Assembly: GCA_035632035.1 (NCBI GenBank)
Contig: DASQHP010000037.1
Coordinates: 1-57,866, forward strand
Direction of reading: 5' to 3'
Length of the DNA: 57,866 nucleotides
Source of the DNA: Thermoplasmata archaeon
GTDB taxonomy: Archaea; Thermoplasmatota; Thermoplasmata; Lutacidiplasmatales; UBA184
Positions 1 through 8,550 of the stretch are shown piece after piece. The position numbers and the translations under genes were made by a program. The number at the start of each line of letters is the position of its first letter. Within the stretch, counting starts at the first letter, position 1. The notes under the pieces are model-generated. The model was not told where the DNA came from. It saw nothing but the letters and a program-made list of their open reading frames with translations, and did not search any database.

Positions 1-230
1 ATGCGAACCCGGTCCCCTTCCTGCACGAGGTCGACCTCCGTTCCCCACAGGACGAACGCGATCTCTCCCGTGGCATCCTTGAGCCGACCGTTCCGAACCC
101 GAGTGGAACCCCCCGCCCGAGTGGACACTTCCCGGATGGGCTCGAGCGCCCCCACGGTCGCCTCCACCGTGGCCACGCGGGACGGACGGAGGTCGGCGAT
201 GAACGTCGCAGGAGGTTTGCCGTCGGACAT
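1..230 (-). CDS. OB-fold nucleic-acid-binding protein (RPA/SSB-like), N-terminal part only; the gene runs off the left edge
   Basis: Hand translation of the minus strand from ATG at 230-228 gives MSDGKPPATFIADLRPSRVATVEATVGALEPIREVSTRAGGSTRVRNGRLKDATGEIAFVLWGTEVDLVQEGDRVR... The pattern l.DatGeI.fvLWg....l..GD.V is typical of archaeal OB-fold modules. It is absent from the ORF track because there is no stop codon inside the window. Confidence 0.5.
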   Translation of the reverse strand, partial: MSDGKPPATFIADLRPSRVATVEATVGALEPIREVSTRAGGSTRVRNGRLKDATGEIAFVLWGTEVDLVQEGDRVR

Positions 231-342
231 GGATGCGGATACGGGGGGACGTCTAAGAGCCTTCCCGCCGGCTACAACGACGAGGAGCGAGGTACGGGGA
301 CCCCCATCTCCGCGGGCGTCGCCCGGTATCCGGTCTTCGGGT

Positions 343-2835
343 TCAACGCCCGCGGCGTGAATTCCGCCAGAGAACCAGGATCATGACCGATATCGCGACG
401 ATGGCGAGCGCAACTCCCGCGGTAAGGACATCCAGGACGAGCTGACTTGGCGGCGCGAACAACCCCGGTCCGGGTGAGCTGGACGACACAGTGAGCGAGA
501 AGTTGGACTCGGCACGAACGCCGGCACCATCCGTCGCGATCACCTGGACCATGAACGACCCCCCGGTGCTGGGCGTACACGTCAGGGTGGAGGAGTTGGC
601 GGACACGCAGCCCGCCGGCAGGCCCTCGTAGCTCCACGTGACCGGTGCGGTACCACCGTGAAGCGAGGCGTTCAGGGTCCAGGCCTGTCCGGTGACCGCC
701 GGGTCCGGGGCGCCCTGGATGGACACGATGGTCGGGCGCTCGACCACGCTGAGCGTGACCGACGACGAATTGGAAACGAACCCGTTGGAATCGGTGCTGG
801 ACGCGCTCACGATGTACGTTCCGACGTCGGTTGGGCTGCACGTCAGCAGGAGCGAGTTGGAGGACGCACAGCCGGCCGGTAGCCCTAGCCAGACGGTCGT
901 GAGGGGCGGAGCGCCTCCGACGACACTGAGCGTCAGGGCCACGGGTGCTCCGATGTCCGTCGCGGTGCGGGCTGCGGTGAGACCCGTAGTAACCGGAGGG
1001 ACGTACACCGCGAATCCCAGAGAGGGGCTCTGCACCTCGAGGCCGACGGCGTCGCGAGCGGTCATCTGGACGGTGAACACGCCGGCGGCGGTGGGCGTGC
1101 AGTTCAGACTGGTCGCGTTCGAGCTCGTGCAGCCGGGCGGAAGTCCGAGCCACCCGAAGGTGTAGGGAGCGGTGCCGCCCGAGGCGGACGACGTGAAGGA
1201 AACCCGTTGGCCGACATCCGCGGACGTCCGCGACGGTTCGGGCAGGGTCGCGACCAGCGGAAGCGGGCCCACCTCGATCGTGAGCGTGCCGACGTACGCG
1301 CCTCCACCGGAATCATTGACCCATTCCTTCACGATGTACGTCCCCGTCGACGCAAAGGCATGGGTCACGTTCGCGAGCGACGACCCCGCGCCGTCCCCGA
1401 ACTCCCAATGCGCCGTCGCCGGCGGGGTGCCGCCGCGCATTGAAGTGGTGAAGTTCACTACGAGCGGAGCCGGCCCCACCTGCGGACTGCCGCCCGCGCG
1501 CACCGCGAACAGGGGGTTCACCACGACGACCGTCGTGGGGGACAATCCCTCGCTCGAGTTCGAGTCCACGACGACCGTGGAGACGTTGTAGGTGCCGATC
1601 AACGCCGGGACGCAGGTCAGTGTCGAGGTGTTTTCGGAAACGCACCCGCGCGGCAGGCCCCGCCAGTAGTAGGTGTAGGGAGGCGAACCCCCGATCGGCG
1701 CGACGTGGAGGGCGAGGGTGGCGTTGACGTCGACGCTCGCGGGCGAGGCCGTGGGCGCGGGTACCTGGGGGGCATCGGAACAGGAGAACGGCGGGTCCCC
1801 CGGCGTTCCGCAGTACAACCCCGTCGGCAAGCGGCCCAGCCAGAACTGGAACATGTCCGCGGGCGCGAGGTCGTTGAGGGTGTGTTGCCCGGTCGGCTCG
1901 AAATCGAACCGCCAGAGGTACTGTCCCGGATACGCGGAACTCAGGTTGGCGAACGGGGTCTGGCAGTTGGCGGGCTGGCCCCAGGACTTGACGATCAGAC
2001 ACGTCGAGTTCAGGTACGTGTTGTTGGACTGCTGGTAGCCGAAGAGGTGCGGGTTGTTGGGGCACCGGTTGTCGTTCCCGCCCTGGACGGCGTAGAGGAG
2101 AACGTTCGAGAAGTTCTGAGGGTAGTAGCGGACGGGATCCAGGTAGTAGGTCTCGGCGAACGACTGCGCCGACTGGTTCGGCAGGAGCCCGTTGGTGGTC
2201 GTGAGGTAGGAGTCCTGGTAGCCGATGATGAAGTGGTAGTACACGGCCATGAACGTCTCCGGGCACTCGGCGACGGCGCCGATCCCGCGGAGGAGGCCGG
2301 GATGGTGGGCGGCGATCGAGTAGGAGCCGATGGTGCCCATGCTGGAGCCGAACATGTACACCTGCGTCGTGTTCACGTGCCGGAGCGTCTCCTCGTGCGA
2401 GATGGCATCCAGGACATCCTGCTCCTGGGGACCGGAGTAGGGCGAGTTCACGTAGAAGCCCGACAGCGTTCGGGTGTTGATGGAGATCAGCAGGAACTGG
2501 TAGGCGGACGCGTTCTGGATCGCCGCCACTCCCCCCGACAAGACGAGCAGCTCGTTGCCGTCATAGCCGAGCCCGTGGAGGAAGACGACGAGCGGGTAGC
2601 TCTTGGTCGAGTTGTAGCCCGCGGGGAGCCACTCGAGGTAGGAGAGGTTCGCCCCGTCGACCGAGCTGTTGTAGTCGATCACCTGGTAGCCCCGGCTCGG
2701 TGCGGCGGGCGGAACCACAGAGGCCCCGATGGCGCCCGGCAGCGCCGGTGGGTGGGCGACGCCCCCGAGGGGGAGGCCTACTAGCACGACGAGCGCGATA
2801 ACGCTCGGCAGCCCAAGCCCGCCATGATGGCCCAT
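343..2835 (-). CDS. Cell-surface alpha/beta-hydrolase (esterase-like, GSSMG nucleophile elbow) followed by a PKD-like Ig-domain array and a C-terminal TM anchor
   Basis: ORF 343..3063, trimmed to ATG at 2835 (MGHHGGLGLPSVIALVVLVGLPLGG is signal-peptide-like). The hydrolase core contains PLVVFLHGLG...MFGSSMGTIGSY. There are at least 5 repeats of about 85 aa of the type GG.PPYTY.W.GLP.GC.S.N...L.C.P...G.Y.V (PKD-like). The C-terminus LVLDVLTAGVALAIVAISVMILVLWRNSRRGR is a TM segment with a basic tail. Confidence 0.7.
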   Translation of the reverse strand: MGHHGGLGLPSVIALVVLVGLPLGGVAHPPALPGAIGASVVPPAAPSRGYQVIDYNSSVDGANLSYLEWLPAGYNSTKSYPLVVFLHGLGYDGNELLVLSGGVAAIQNASAYQFLLISINTRTLSGFYVNSPYSGPQEQDVLDAISHEETLRHVNTTQVYMFGSSMGTIGSYSIAAHHPGLLRGIGAVAECPETFMAVYYHFIIGYQDSYLTTTNGLLPNQSAQSFAETYYLDPVRYYPQNFSNVLLYAVQGGNDNRCPNNPHLFGYQQSNNTYLNSTCLIVKSWGQPANCQTPFANLSSAYPGQYLWRFDFEPTGQHTLNDLAPADMFQFWLGRLPTGLYCGTPGDPPFSCSDAPQVPAPTASPASVDVNATLALHVAPIGGSPPYTYYWRGLPRGCVSENTSTLTCVPALIGTYNVSTVVVDSNSSEGLSPTTVVVVNPLFAVRAGGSPQVGPAPLVVNFTTSMRGGTPPATAHWEFGDGAGSSLANVTHAFASTGTYIVKEWVNDSGGGAYVGTLTIEVGPLPLVATLPEPSRTSADVGQRVSFTSSASGGTAPYTFGWLGLPPGCTSSNATSLNCTPTAAGVFTVQMTARDAVGLEVQSPSLGFAVYVPPVTTGLTAARTATDIGAPVALTLSVVGGAPPLTTVWLGLPAGCASSNSLLLTCSPTDVGTYIVSASSTDSNGFVSNSSSVTLSVVERPTIVSIQGAPDPAVTGQAWTLNASLHGGTAPVTWSYEGLPAGCVSANSSTLTCTPSTGGSFMVQVIATDGAGVRAESNFSLTVSSSSPGPGLFAPPSQLVLDVLTAGVALAIVAISVMILVLWRNSRRGR

Positions 2836-3086
2836 CGTCACCCCCGCAGGTCGAAGCTGCCCGACTCGCCCCACGACCGGGAGTTGGAGTCCCACGGCCC
2901 CCCCGTCGAGTCTTCGCCTGACCCCGTTCACCGGCCGACGGGAGCTTAATGGCTTGTCCAACCCCCCCCGGGCGGTGGCGTGGCGTGTCACAGCGGCGCA
3001 GCATTCTCGGGTGACCGCTGCTTGTCGACCCGGTTGAACGAGCCTTCTATTAGGCGAGTGCATGCGTCCTGCCGGCGGCCGGTCGG

Positions 3087-3971
3087 ATGCGGCGGTTCGG
3101 GTTCGGGCAACTTACCCCCTACTCGTACCCCGGCGGGACGATTCAGGGTCAGGTGATCCTGGAGGTCGACCAGCCGGCCCGCGCCCGGGATCTTGCTCTC
3201 AATCTCACGGGACGCGAACTCTCCCAGGCAACGGTCTCGACCGGAAAGTCGACGGAGCGTATCGTCGACCAGCGGGTGGTGCTCGAGCAGAGCTACGACC
3301 TTCGACCCTCTCTCACGTTCCAGGATTCCGACCACGTGGCGCCCGGCTCGTACACCGCCCCGTTCAGCTTCACGCTGCCCACGTCGGCGGCTCCATCCTT
3401 CTCGACCAGCGACTACCACGGCCAGGGAGGACTTCTCTCCGGTCGCCCGGACGGAATGTACGTCGAGTACGAGCTCGAAGCCCGTCTCGATGTCCCTTGG
3501 TGGGTCGACGCCGTCGCCAAGACCGAGGTGCCTATCTACTCACCGCGGCGGGTGCTGGGCCAACTGGCGACGCTGCAAAGCCAGCCCAATCCGGGCCACG
3601 CCTCGATCCACGTTCAGCCGACCTCGGCCTCCCCCATGGTGCCGGGATCCCCGTTCTCGATGGATTATCAGGTATCCAATCCCGCGGGCAAGCATCTGCG
3701 CGGGCTCACGGTCTCGATCGTCCGGCAGGTCGAGTACCACGTCCGCAGCATGTCCCGGGTGGCGCACGCGCCCGCGTTCTCCGCCGAGGTGCAGTTCGAC
3801 GGTCGCGACGCTCAGTATACGGGGCAACTCCTCCTTCAGGTGCCGAACGTCCCGCAGGCCACCGGTCCCTGGCAGGGAATCCTGTTCCGGACGTACTGGC
3901 TCGCGAGCGCGGTGCTGGATGTCGAGCTCGGTTTCAACGTCCAGGTCCAGAGCCCGCTCGTACCCGCGTAA
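3087..3971 (+). CDS. Arrestin-fold / Spo0M-like protein (two tandem beta-sandwich halves)
   Basis: 294-aa ORF. The N-terminal half has YPGGTIQGQVILEVDQPARARDLALNLTGRE, then PGSYTAPFSFTLPTSAAPSF and GMYVEYELEARLDVPWWVD, which are arrestin-N-like signature strings. The second half has PGSPFSMDYQVSNPAGKHLRGLTVSIVRQVEY...LLLQVPNVPQAT...LFRTYWLASAVLDVE, which is arrestin-C-like. Confidence 0.5.
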   Translation: MRRFGFGQLTPYSYPGGTIQGQVILEVDQPARARDLALNLTGRELSQATVSTGKSTERIVDQRVVLEQSYDLRPSLTFQDSDHVAPGSYTAPFSFTLPTSAAPSFSTSDYHGQGGLLSGRPDGMYVEYELEARLDVPWWVDAVAKTEVPIYSPRRVLGQLATLQSQPNPGHASIHVQPTSASPMVPGSPFSMDYQVSNPAGKHLRGLTVSIVRQVEYHVRSMSRVAHAPAFSAEVQFDGRDAQYTGQLLLQVPNVPQATGPWQGILFRTYWLASAVLDVELGFNVQVQSPLVPA

Positions 3972-4007
3972 GACTATGAGGACGCGACTCGCTACCCGTT
4001 GCGCACG

Positions 4008-4382
4008 ATGACGTCCTCAACGACCGGCGCAGGTGTCGTCATCGCCATCCTCGGTCTCCTTCTCCTTTTGTTCGGCGGCGCCACGTACGCGAGCTGCTCG
4101 TCCGCCGTACCCTCGGGGGCGTCGGACTGCATGCCCTCCCTCTACCTGGTAGGAGGCGGCGTCCTTCTGCTCATCGTCGGCATACTCGTTGCGATCCTGG
4201 CGGCGCGGAGCTACACCTACATCCCACCGACCAGCAACCCATCGATCCCCCCGCCGCTAGTGACCCCCGTTGTGATCCAGCAAACCGTCGAGCACGACAT
4301 CGTGAAGGTGCGGTGCCGATTCTGTGGAACGCTAGGGGATCCGCGCAGCGGCCGATGCGCCGCCTGCGGTGCGCCTCTCTAG
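4008..4382 (+). CDS. Small membrane protein (2 TM) with a Pro-rich linker and a C-terminal zinc-ribbon
   Basis: ORF 3999..4382; the first ATG is at 4008. Two hydrophobic segments are present (GAGVVIAILGLLLLLFGGA and LVGGGVLLLIVGILVAILAA). These are followed by YIPPTSNPSIPPPLVTP and then CRFCGTLGDPRSGRCAACG (CxxC-x9-CxxC). Confidence 0.5.
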   Translation: MTSSTTGAGVVIAILGLLLLLFGGATYASCSSAVPSGASDCMPSLYLVGGGVLLLIVGILVAILAARSYTYIPPTSNPSIPPPLVTPVVIQQTVEHDIVKVRCRFCGTLGDPRSGRCAACGAPL

Positions 4383-4467
4383 AGAGCCGGCCCTCGCGAC
4401 CCCCTCTCGCGGTCTGCCGCCGAGCGGCGCCCAAGTAGCCGGGCTTGGTCTCACGCCGGTCGCGCTG

Positions 4468-5625
4468 CTACGCCTTGCGAGCCGAGCCCCACAAGGTCCG
4501 GCTGGCCACGAGCTGCATCACTTCCGAGGGACCATGGGCCAGTCGACCACTTCGGACGTCTCTCCAGCGACGCTCGTGTGGGAGCGAGGCCGAGTATCCC
4601 CGGCCACCGTGGAACTGAATGGCGTGATCGATCGCTTCGAGCGCGCGCTCGGTCGCCATCCACTTCGCGAGGGCGGCCGGTGCCGTTGCATCCACCCCCC
4701 CGTCCAGCTGGGCCAGTACGCGCGCCGTGTACAGCCAGACGGATTCGAGGTGGGCCCAATCCCCCACGAGCGGGAATCCTACGGCCTCGTGCCGCGCGAG
4801 GGAGGTGCCGAACGCGGCCCGGTCGCCCACGTGCAGTACCGTTTCCTCCCAGCTGGACCAGGCGACCCCCAGGTAGATTGCGGCCAGCAGGGCCCGCTCG
4901 CGGGTGAACTCCCCCTTCACGTACTCGAATCCCTTTCCCACCTCGCCCAGCACGTGGTCTGCCGGAACGTGTACGTCGTCGTACTCGACCGTGCCGCGAC
5001 GCATCCAGCGTTCCCCGAGGTCGGGGTGAACCGTTCGGCGGATGCCGGCCAGGTCCTGAGGCACCAGGAACGCGGTGATCCCTTCGGGCCGACCCTCTTC
5101 GGGCGGGACCCTCGCGTACACGATGGCGGCGTCCGCGTCGGCGGCGAAGGCGGCCTCGCTCTTCGTCCCGCGGAGAAGGTATCGGTCTCCCGACGGCCGG
5201 GCGACCGCCTGGAGGGCGGCCGCATCCGAGCCCGCGCCCGGTTCCGTGATGTGGTTCCCCACCAGATGCCGGCCCTGGACCAGCGGGCGGAAGTGGCGTT
5301 CGACCAGGAGGGGTGAACCGTGGTCCGCGAGCACGCTCGCGAACTCGGGCTGCAGCGAAAGCTTGGCAAACGCGGTTCCGCCCCGCCGGGCGAGATGGAA
5401 CAGGGCGATCCCGGTACGGACGAGGGGGAGCGCCCGCCCGCCGAGGCGCTCGGGCAGGTGGAGCCCGAGGAGGCCGGCGTCGCCCATCGCCCGAAACTCC
5501 GGCGCGGGAAACGTGGCATCCCGGTCGATCTCCACCGCGCGTTCCGCGAGTCGATGGACCCGGGCGAATTTGTCGATCTCGGCTTCGATCGGGTCCTCCG
5601 GCACAGGGGGCGGGGGCAGCGTCAC
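4468..5625 (-). CDS. Acyl-CoA dehydrogenase family protein
   Basis: ORF 4468..5862, trimmed to GTG at 5625, which forms a GTGA overlap with the stop of the upstream CoA-transferase (5622-5625 is tcac on the plus strand). The result is 385 aa, a typical ACAD length. The domain layout is ACAD-like (..TEPGAGSDAAAL.., ..QFHGGRGY..). Confidence 0.75.
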   Translation of the reverse strand: MTLPPPPVPEDPIEAEIDKFARVHRLAERAVEIDRDATFPAPEFRAMGDAGLLGLHLPERLGGRALPLVRTGIALFHLARRGGTAFAKLSLQPEFASVLADHGSPLLVERHFRPLVQGRHLVGNHITEPGAGSDAAALQAVARPSGDRYLLRGTKSEAAFAADADAAIVYARVPPEEGRPEGITAFLVPQDLAGIRRTVHPDLGERWMRRGTVEYDDVHVPADHVLGEVGKGFEYVKGEFTRERALLAAIYLGVAWSSWEETVLHVGDRAAFGTSLARHEAVGFPLVGDWAHLESVWLYTARVLAQLDGGVDATAPAALAKWMATERALEAIDHAIQFHGGRGYSASLPHERRWRDVRSGRLAHGPSEVMQLVASRTLWGSARKA

Positions 5626-6929
5626 CGGGCCGCCCTCCTCCGCCGAGGGGTCCGGGGACGCGCCCGTGGACGGGCCTCTCCGATCACGGCATCGCTTTCG
5701 AGGCGACGGCATTTCTGGGCCGAGTACCCGAGGATCCGGGTCAACACGGCCTGGTTGTCCTGACCCAGCCAGGGCGCGCCCCGCCACACTCCGCCCGGTG
5801 AAGAGTCGAATCGCGGGGCCACCCCTGCCCCCTTGACCCGGCCCACGATGGGGTCGTCCCACTCGAGGAACATTCCGCGTTCGACGTAGTGCCGGTCGCG
5901 AGCGATCGACCGGATGTCGTACACCTTCGATATGGCGACATCGTTCCGTTCGCCGAGCCGTTCGAGCTGGGCTGCGGTCCGGGTCCGGCAGAACCTCTCG
6001 ATGACCTCATCGACCTCGGGCCGATGGGCGAGGCGCCAGTCCGAGTCGAGCCAGCGGGGATCCTTGATGCCGAGGAGAGATTGGAGTCCGCGGAGCGACT
6101 CCACGGTGGGAGCGGCCACCACGACCCAGTCGTCCTTCGCTCGGTAAAGGTCGTAGGGGTGGAGCCGGGAATGGGCGGTCCCATGCCGGGCCCGGATCAC
6201 GCCGCGCATGAAGTAGTCGATGGCGAGGTTCTCGAGCATCGTGAAGAACACTTCGTACTGCGCGACGTCGACGGACTGGCCCCGGCCCGTTCGCTGGGCG
6301 TGCACGTACCCCATCAGGGCCGCGGCCGCGGCAGCGATTCCGGTCACCGTATCGTTGATGGCGGTGCCCGCCCGCATCGGTGGGTCGGGATCGGGATTGC
6401 CCTGGATCGAGAGGTAGCCGCTGTACGCCTGGCCGATGAGGTCGTACGACGGTCGACCGATCCGGCGCGGGTCTCCCGTCCGACCGAACCCGGAGATGTG
6501 GACGATGGTGAGGCGGGGGTTGGCAGCCCACACGGCGTCGTCCGACAACCCCAGTCGGTCGAACGTGCCCGGTCGGGAAGAATCGAGCCAGATGTCGGAC
6601 TTGCGGGCGAGATCGACGAACACGGCCTGCCCCTCGTTCTTCCGAAGGTCCAGTCCCACCGAGAGCTTGTTCCGCGAGTACTGGATCCATGACTCGGAGA
6701 CGCTTTCCTCCGGCGCTGCCCCCACCGGCAGGGTCGGGACGAGCCTACGGGTCGGGTCGGCGTAGGGGTAGGCAAACGGAGGCCCCTCGATGTGCACCAC
6801 CTGGGCTCCGAACTCTCCCAGGTACATGGCGGCCCAGGGGCCGGCGACGAACCGGCCAGAATCGATGACCGTGACTCCGGCCAGCGGGCCGTACACGGGA
6901 GGAATCCGGGGTCTCCGGCGCGCGGCCAT
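5622..6929 (-). CDS. Family III CoA-transferase (CaiB/BaiF-like)
   Basis: 435-aa ORF. The N-terminus GPLAGVTVIDSGRFVAGPWAAMYLGEFGAQVVHIE is the characteristic family-III opening. ATG at 6929. Confidence 0.75.
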   Translation of the reverse strand: MAARRRPRIPPVYGPLAGVTVIDSGRFVAGPWAAMYLGEFGAQVVHIEGPPFAYPYADPTRRLVPTLPVGAAPEESVSESWIQYSRNKLSVGLDLRKNEGQAVFVDLARKSDIWLDSSRPGTFDRLGLSDDAVWAANPRLTIVHISGFGRTGDPRRIGRPSYDLIGQAYSGYLSIQGNPDPDPPMRAGTAINDTVTGIAAAAAALMGYVHAQRTGRGQSVDVAQYEVFFTMLENLAIDYFMRGVIRARHGTAHSRLHPYDLYRAKDDWVVVAAPTVESLRGLQSLLGIKDPRWLDSDWRLAHRPEVDEVIERFCRTRTAAQLERLGERNDVAISKVYDIRSIARDRHYVERGMFLEWDDPIVGRVKGAGVAPRFDSSPGGVWRGAPWLGQDNQAVLTRILGYSAQKCRRLESDAVIGEARPRARPRTPRRRRAAR

Positions 6930-6988
6930 CGCCGGCGGCGCGCCCGCGGTCGCTTAAGAGGAAAGGTTCACCGCGGAACCTCGCCCCC

Positions 6989-6996
6989 CATATATC
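6989..6996 (+). promoter_or_regulatory. TATA-like box (CATATATC) about 24 nt upstream of the 7017 ATG; implies a leaderless or near-leaderless mRNA
   Basis: AT island in GC-rich DNA. The same CATATAT(A/C) element occurs at the same spacing before the 28228 and 55615 starts. Confidence 0.4.
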
Positions 6997-7016
6997 GACC
7001 GGCCCAGCTATCGACG

Positions 7017-7748
7017 ATGTCCGAGGCACCCTGGGACCGGCTGGAAGGCGCGGCGTTCCGCGACGCGCTCACGCGCTACAAGATGGCGAACCATCCGTTC
7101 CGAACCCATCCGTTCTTTGCCGATGTGGAGCGCGGCTCCGCCCCGCGGGAGCTGGTGCAGCGCTGGGTCGCCCAGTTCTATCCGTGGTTGGCCTGCGTTC
7201 CGCTGGCGATGGCGGAACGATTCTCGCGATGCTCCTGGGAGTCCCGCTTCGACCCCTACCGAAAGATGATCCTCGACCAGCTGGTGGAGGAGGCGGGGGA
7301 CCCGAAAGGGAAGGAGCCGGGACACCCCGAGCTCTGGCTACGCTTCTGCGAGGGTATTGGGGTTCCGCGGGCCGCCGTGCTCGCCACGCCTCCGCTCCCC
7401 AGCACAATGGTCGCGATCGACGACTTCCTGTACCTCAACCGAGAGGTCCCGTTCTACGTGTCCGCCGGGGGGTCCTCCGAGCCACCGAACGTTGAGCTGT
7501 GCGCTCGACTGTTGCCGTCGTTCCGCTCCCACTACGGGGTGAAGGAGGAGTTCCTCGAGTACTACCGGCTCCACGTGACCGCCGACGAGGAGCACAGTCG
7601 GTTCGTGGGGAAAATGGTCGCCGATTTTGCTTCGACCCCGGCGATTCGCAAGGAGATGTGGGATGCGATGCTCCGCGGGTTCGCGCTCCACCGCCTGCTG
7701 GTCGACGGCGTCGTCGCCGAACACTCCGCCCCCACCCGCGGCTCGTAG
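7017..7748 (+). CDS. PqqC/CADD/TenA-like heme-oxygenase-fold (putative di-iron) protein
   Basis: ORF 6792..7748, trimmed to ATG at 7017 (MSEAPWDRLEG...). Family-like strings include HPFF..V..G......VQRWVAQFYPW, GHPELWLRFCEGIGV, and YYRLHVTADEEHSRF. Confidence 0.6.
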   Translation: MSEAPWDRLEGAAFRDALTRYKMANHPFRTHPFFADVERGSAPRELVQRWVAQFYPWLACVPLAMAERFSRCSWESRFDPYRKMILDQLVEEAGDPKGKEPGHPELWLRFCEGIGVPRAAVLATPPLPSTMVAIDDFLYLNREVPFYVSAGGSSEPPNVELCARLLPSFRSHYGVKEEFLEYYRLHVTADEEHSRFVGKMVADFASTPAIRKEMWDAMLRGFALHRLLVDGVVAEHSAPTRGS

Positions 7749-7800
7749 GGAGCCGCTGGAATTCGGCGGGAGAGCGTAGGTCGGAGGTCCGTTCCGGCGG

Positions 7801-8550
7801 ATGTACGGCAAGGAGCTCCGCCTGCGTCGCCTCTTCCCCGGGGGCGGACGTCGACTCTTCTCGGTCCCGCTGGACCATTCGGTGTCGATGGGACCGATCG
7901 AAGGTCTAGAGGCGACCGCGCCCGTGGTGACGGAACTTCAGTCGGCGGGAGTGGATCTGTTCATCGTGACGAAGGGTGCGGTCCGCGAGGTCGTGCCCGT
8001 CCTGCATCCCCCCAGCCTGCTCGGGGTGCATATTTCGGCCTCCACGGGACTTGGCCCTGGAGCGGACCACAAGGTCCTGGTGGGCACCGCCATGGAAGCG
8101 GCCGCCCTGGGCGCGGATCTGCTCTCCGTCCAGGTCAACTTCGGGATCCCCCAGGAGGGACAGATGCTCTCGGACCTCGGGACCGTGGTCGACCAGGCGC
8201 GCGCCGTGGGGCTTCCGCTCCTCTGTATGGCGTACGTCAAGAAGCCGTCGCCGACCCTCGAGGAACTCCGGCATGCGAGCCGGGCCTCCGCCGACCTGGG
8301 CGCCGATATCGTCAAGACGAGCTACCCGGGCTCCGAGGACGGATTCCGGGCGATCGTACGCTCGACCCCCGTACCCGTGCTGATCGGGGGAGGCCTACGG
8401 ATGGACGATGAGGAGTCGATCGTACGAACGGTCGAGTCATCCATCCGGGCCGGGGGCGCGGGGATCTGCATCGGGCGGAACCTGTTCCAGCGGACGCCAG
8501 TGGGTCCGCTAGCCCATCGGCTGGCCACGGTCCTTCACGCCGCGAGGTGA
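7801..8550 (+). CDS. aroA': 2-amino-3,7-dideoxy-D-threo-hept-6-ulosonate (ADH) synthase, class-I aldolase (DhnA) family
   Basis: 249 aa. GKELRLRRLF...RLFSVPLDHSVSMGP at the N-terminus and KTSYPG (Schiff-base Lys context) are DhnA/ADH-synthase-like. The gene sits directly upstream of DHQ synthase II. Confidence 0.75.
   Translation: MYGKELRLRRLFPGGGRRLFSVPLDHSVSMGPIEGLEATAPVVTELQSAGVDLFIVTKGAVREVVPVLHPPSLLGVHISASTGLGPGADHKVLVGTAMEAAALGADLLSVQVNFGIPQEGQMLSDLGTVVDQARAVGLPLLCMAYVKKPSPTLEELRHASRASADLGADIVKTSYPGSEDGFRAIVRSTPVPVLIGGGLRMDDEESIVRTVESSIRAGGAGICIGRNLFQRTPVGPLAHRLATVLHAAR

Noticed and set aside
1-360. 119-aa plus-strand ORF at the left edge
   Set aside because: Its composition is Arg/Ser/Pro-rich shadow-frame. 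The opposite strand encodes a convincing OB-fold N-terminus from the ATG at 230.
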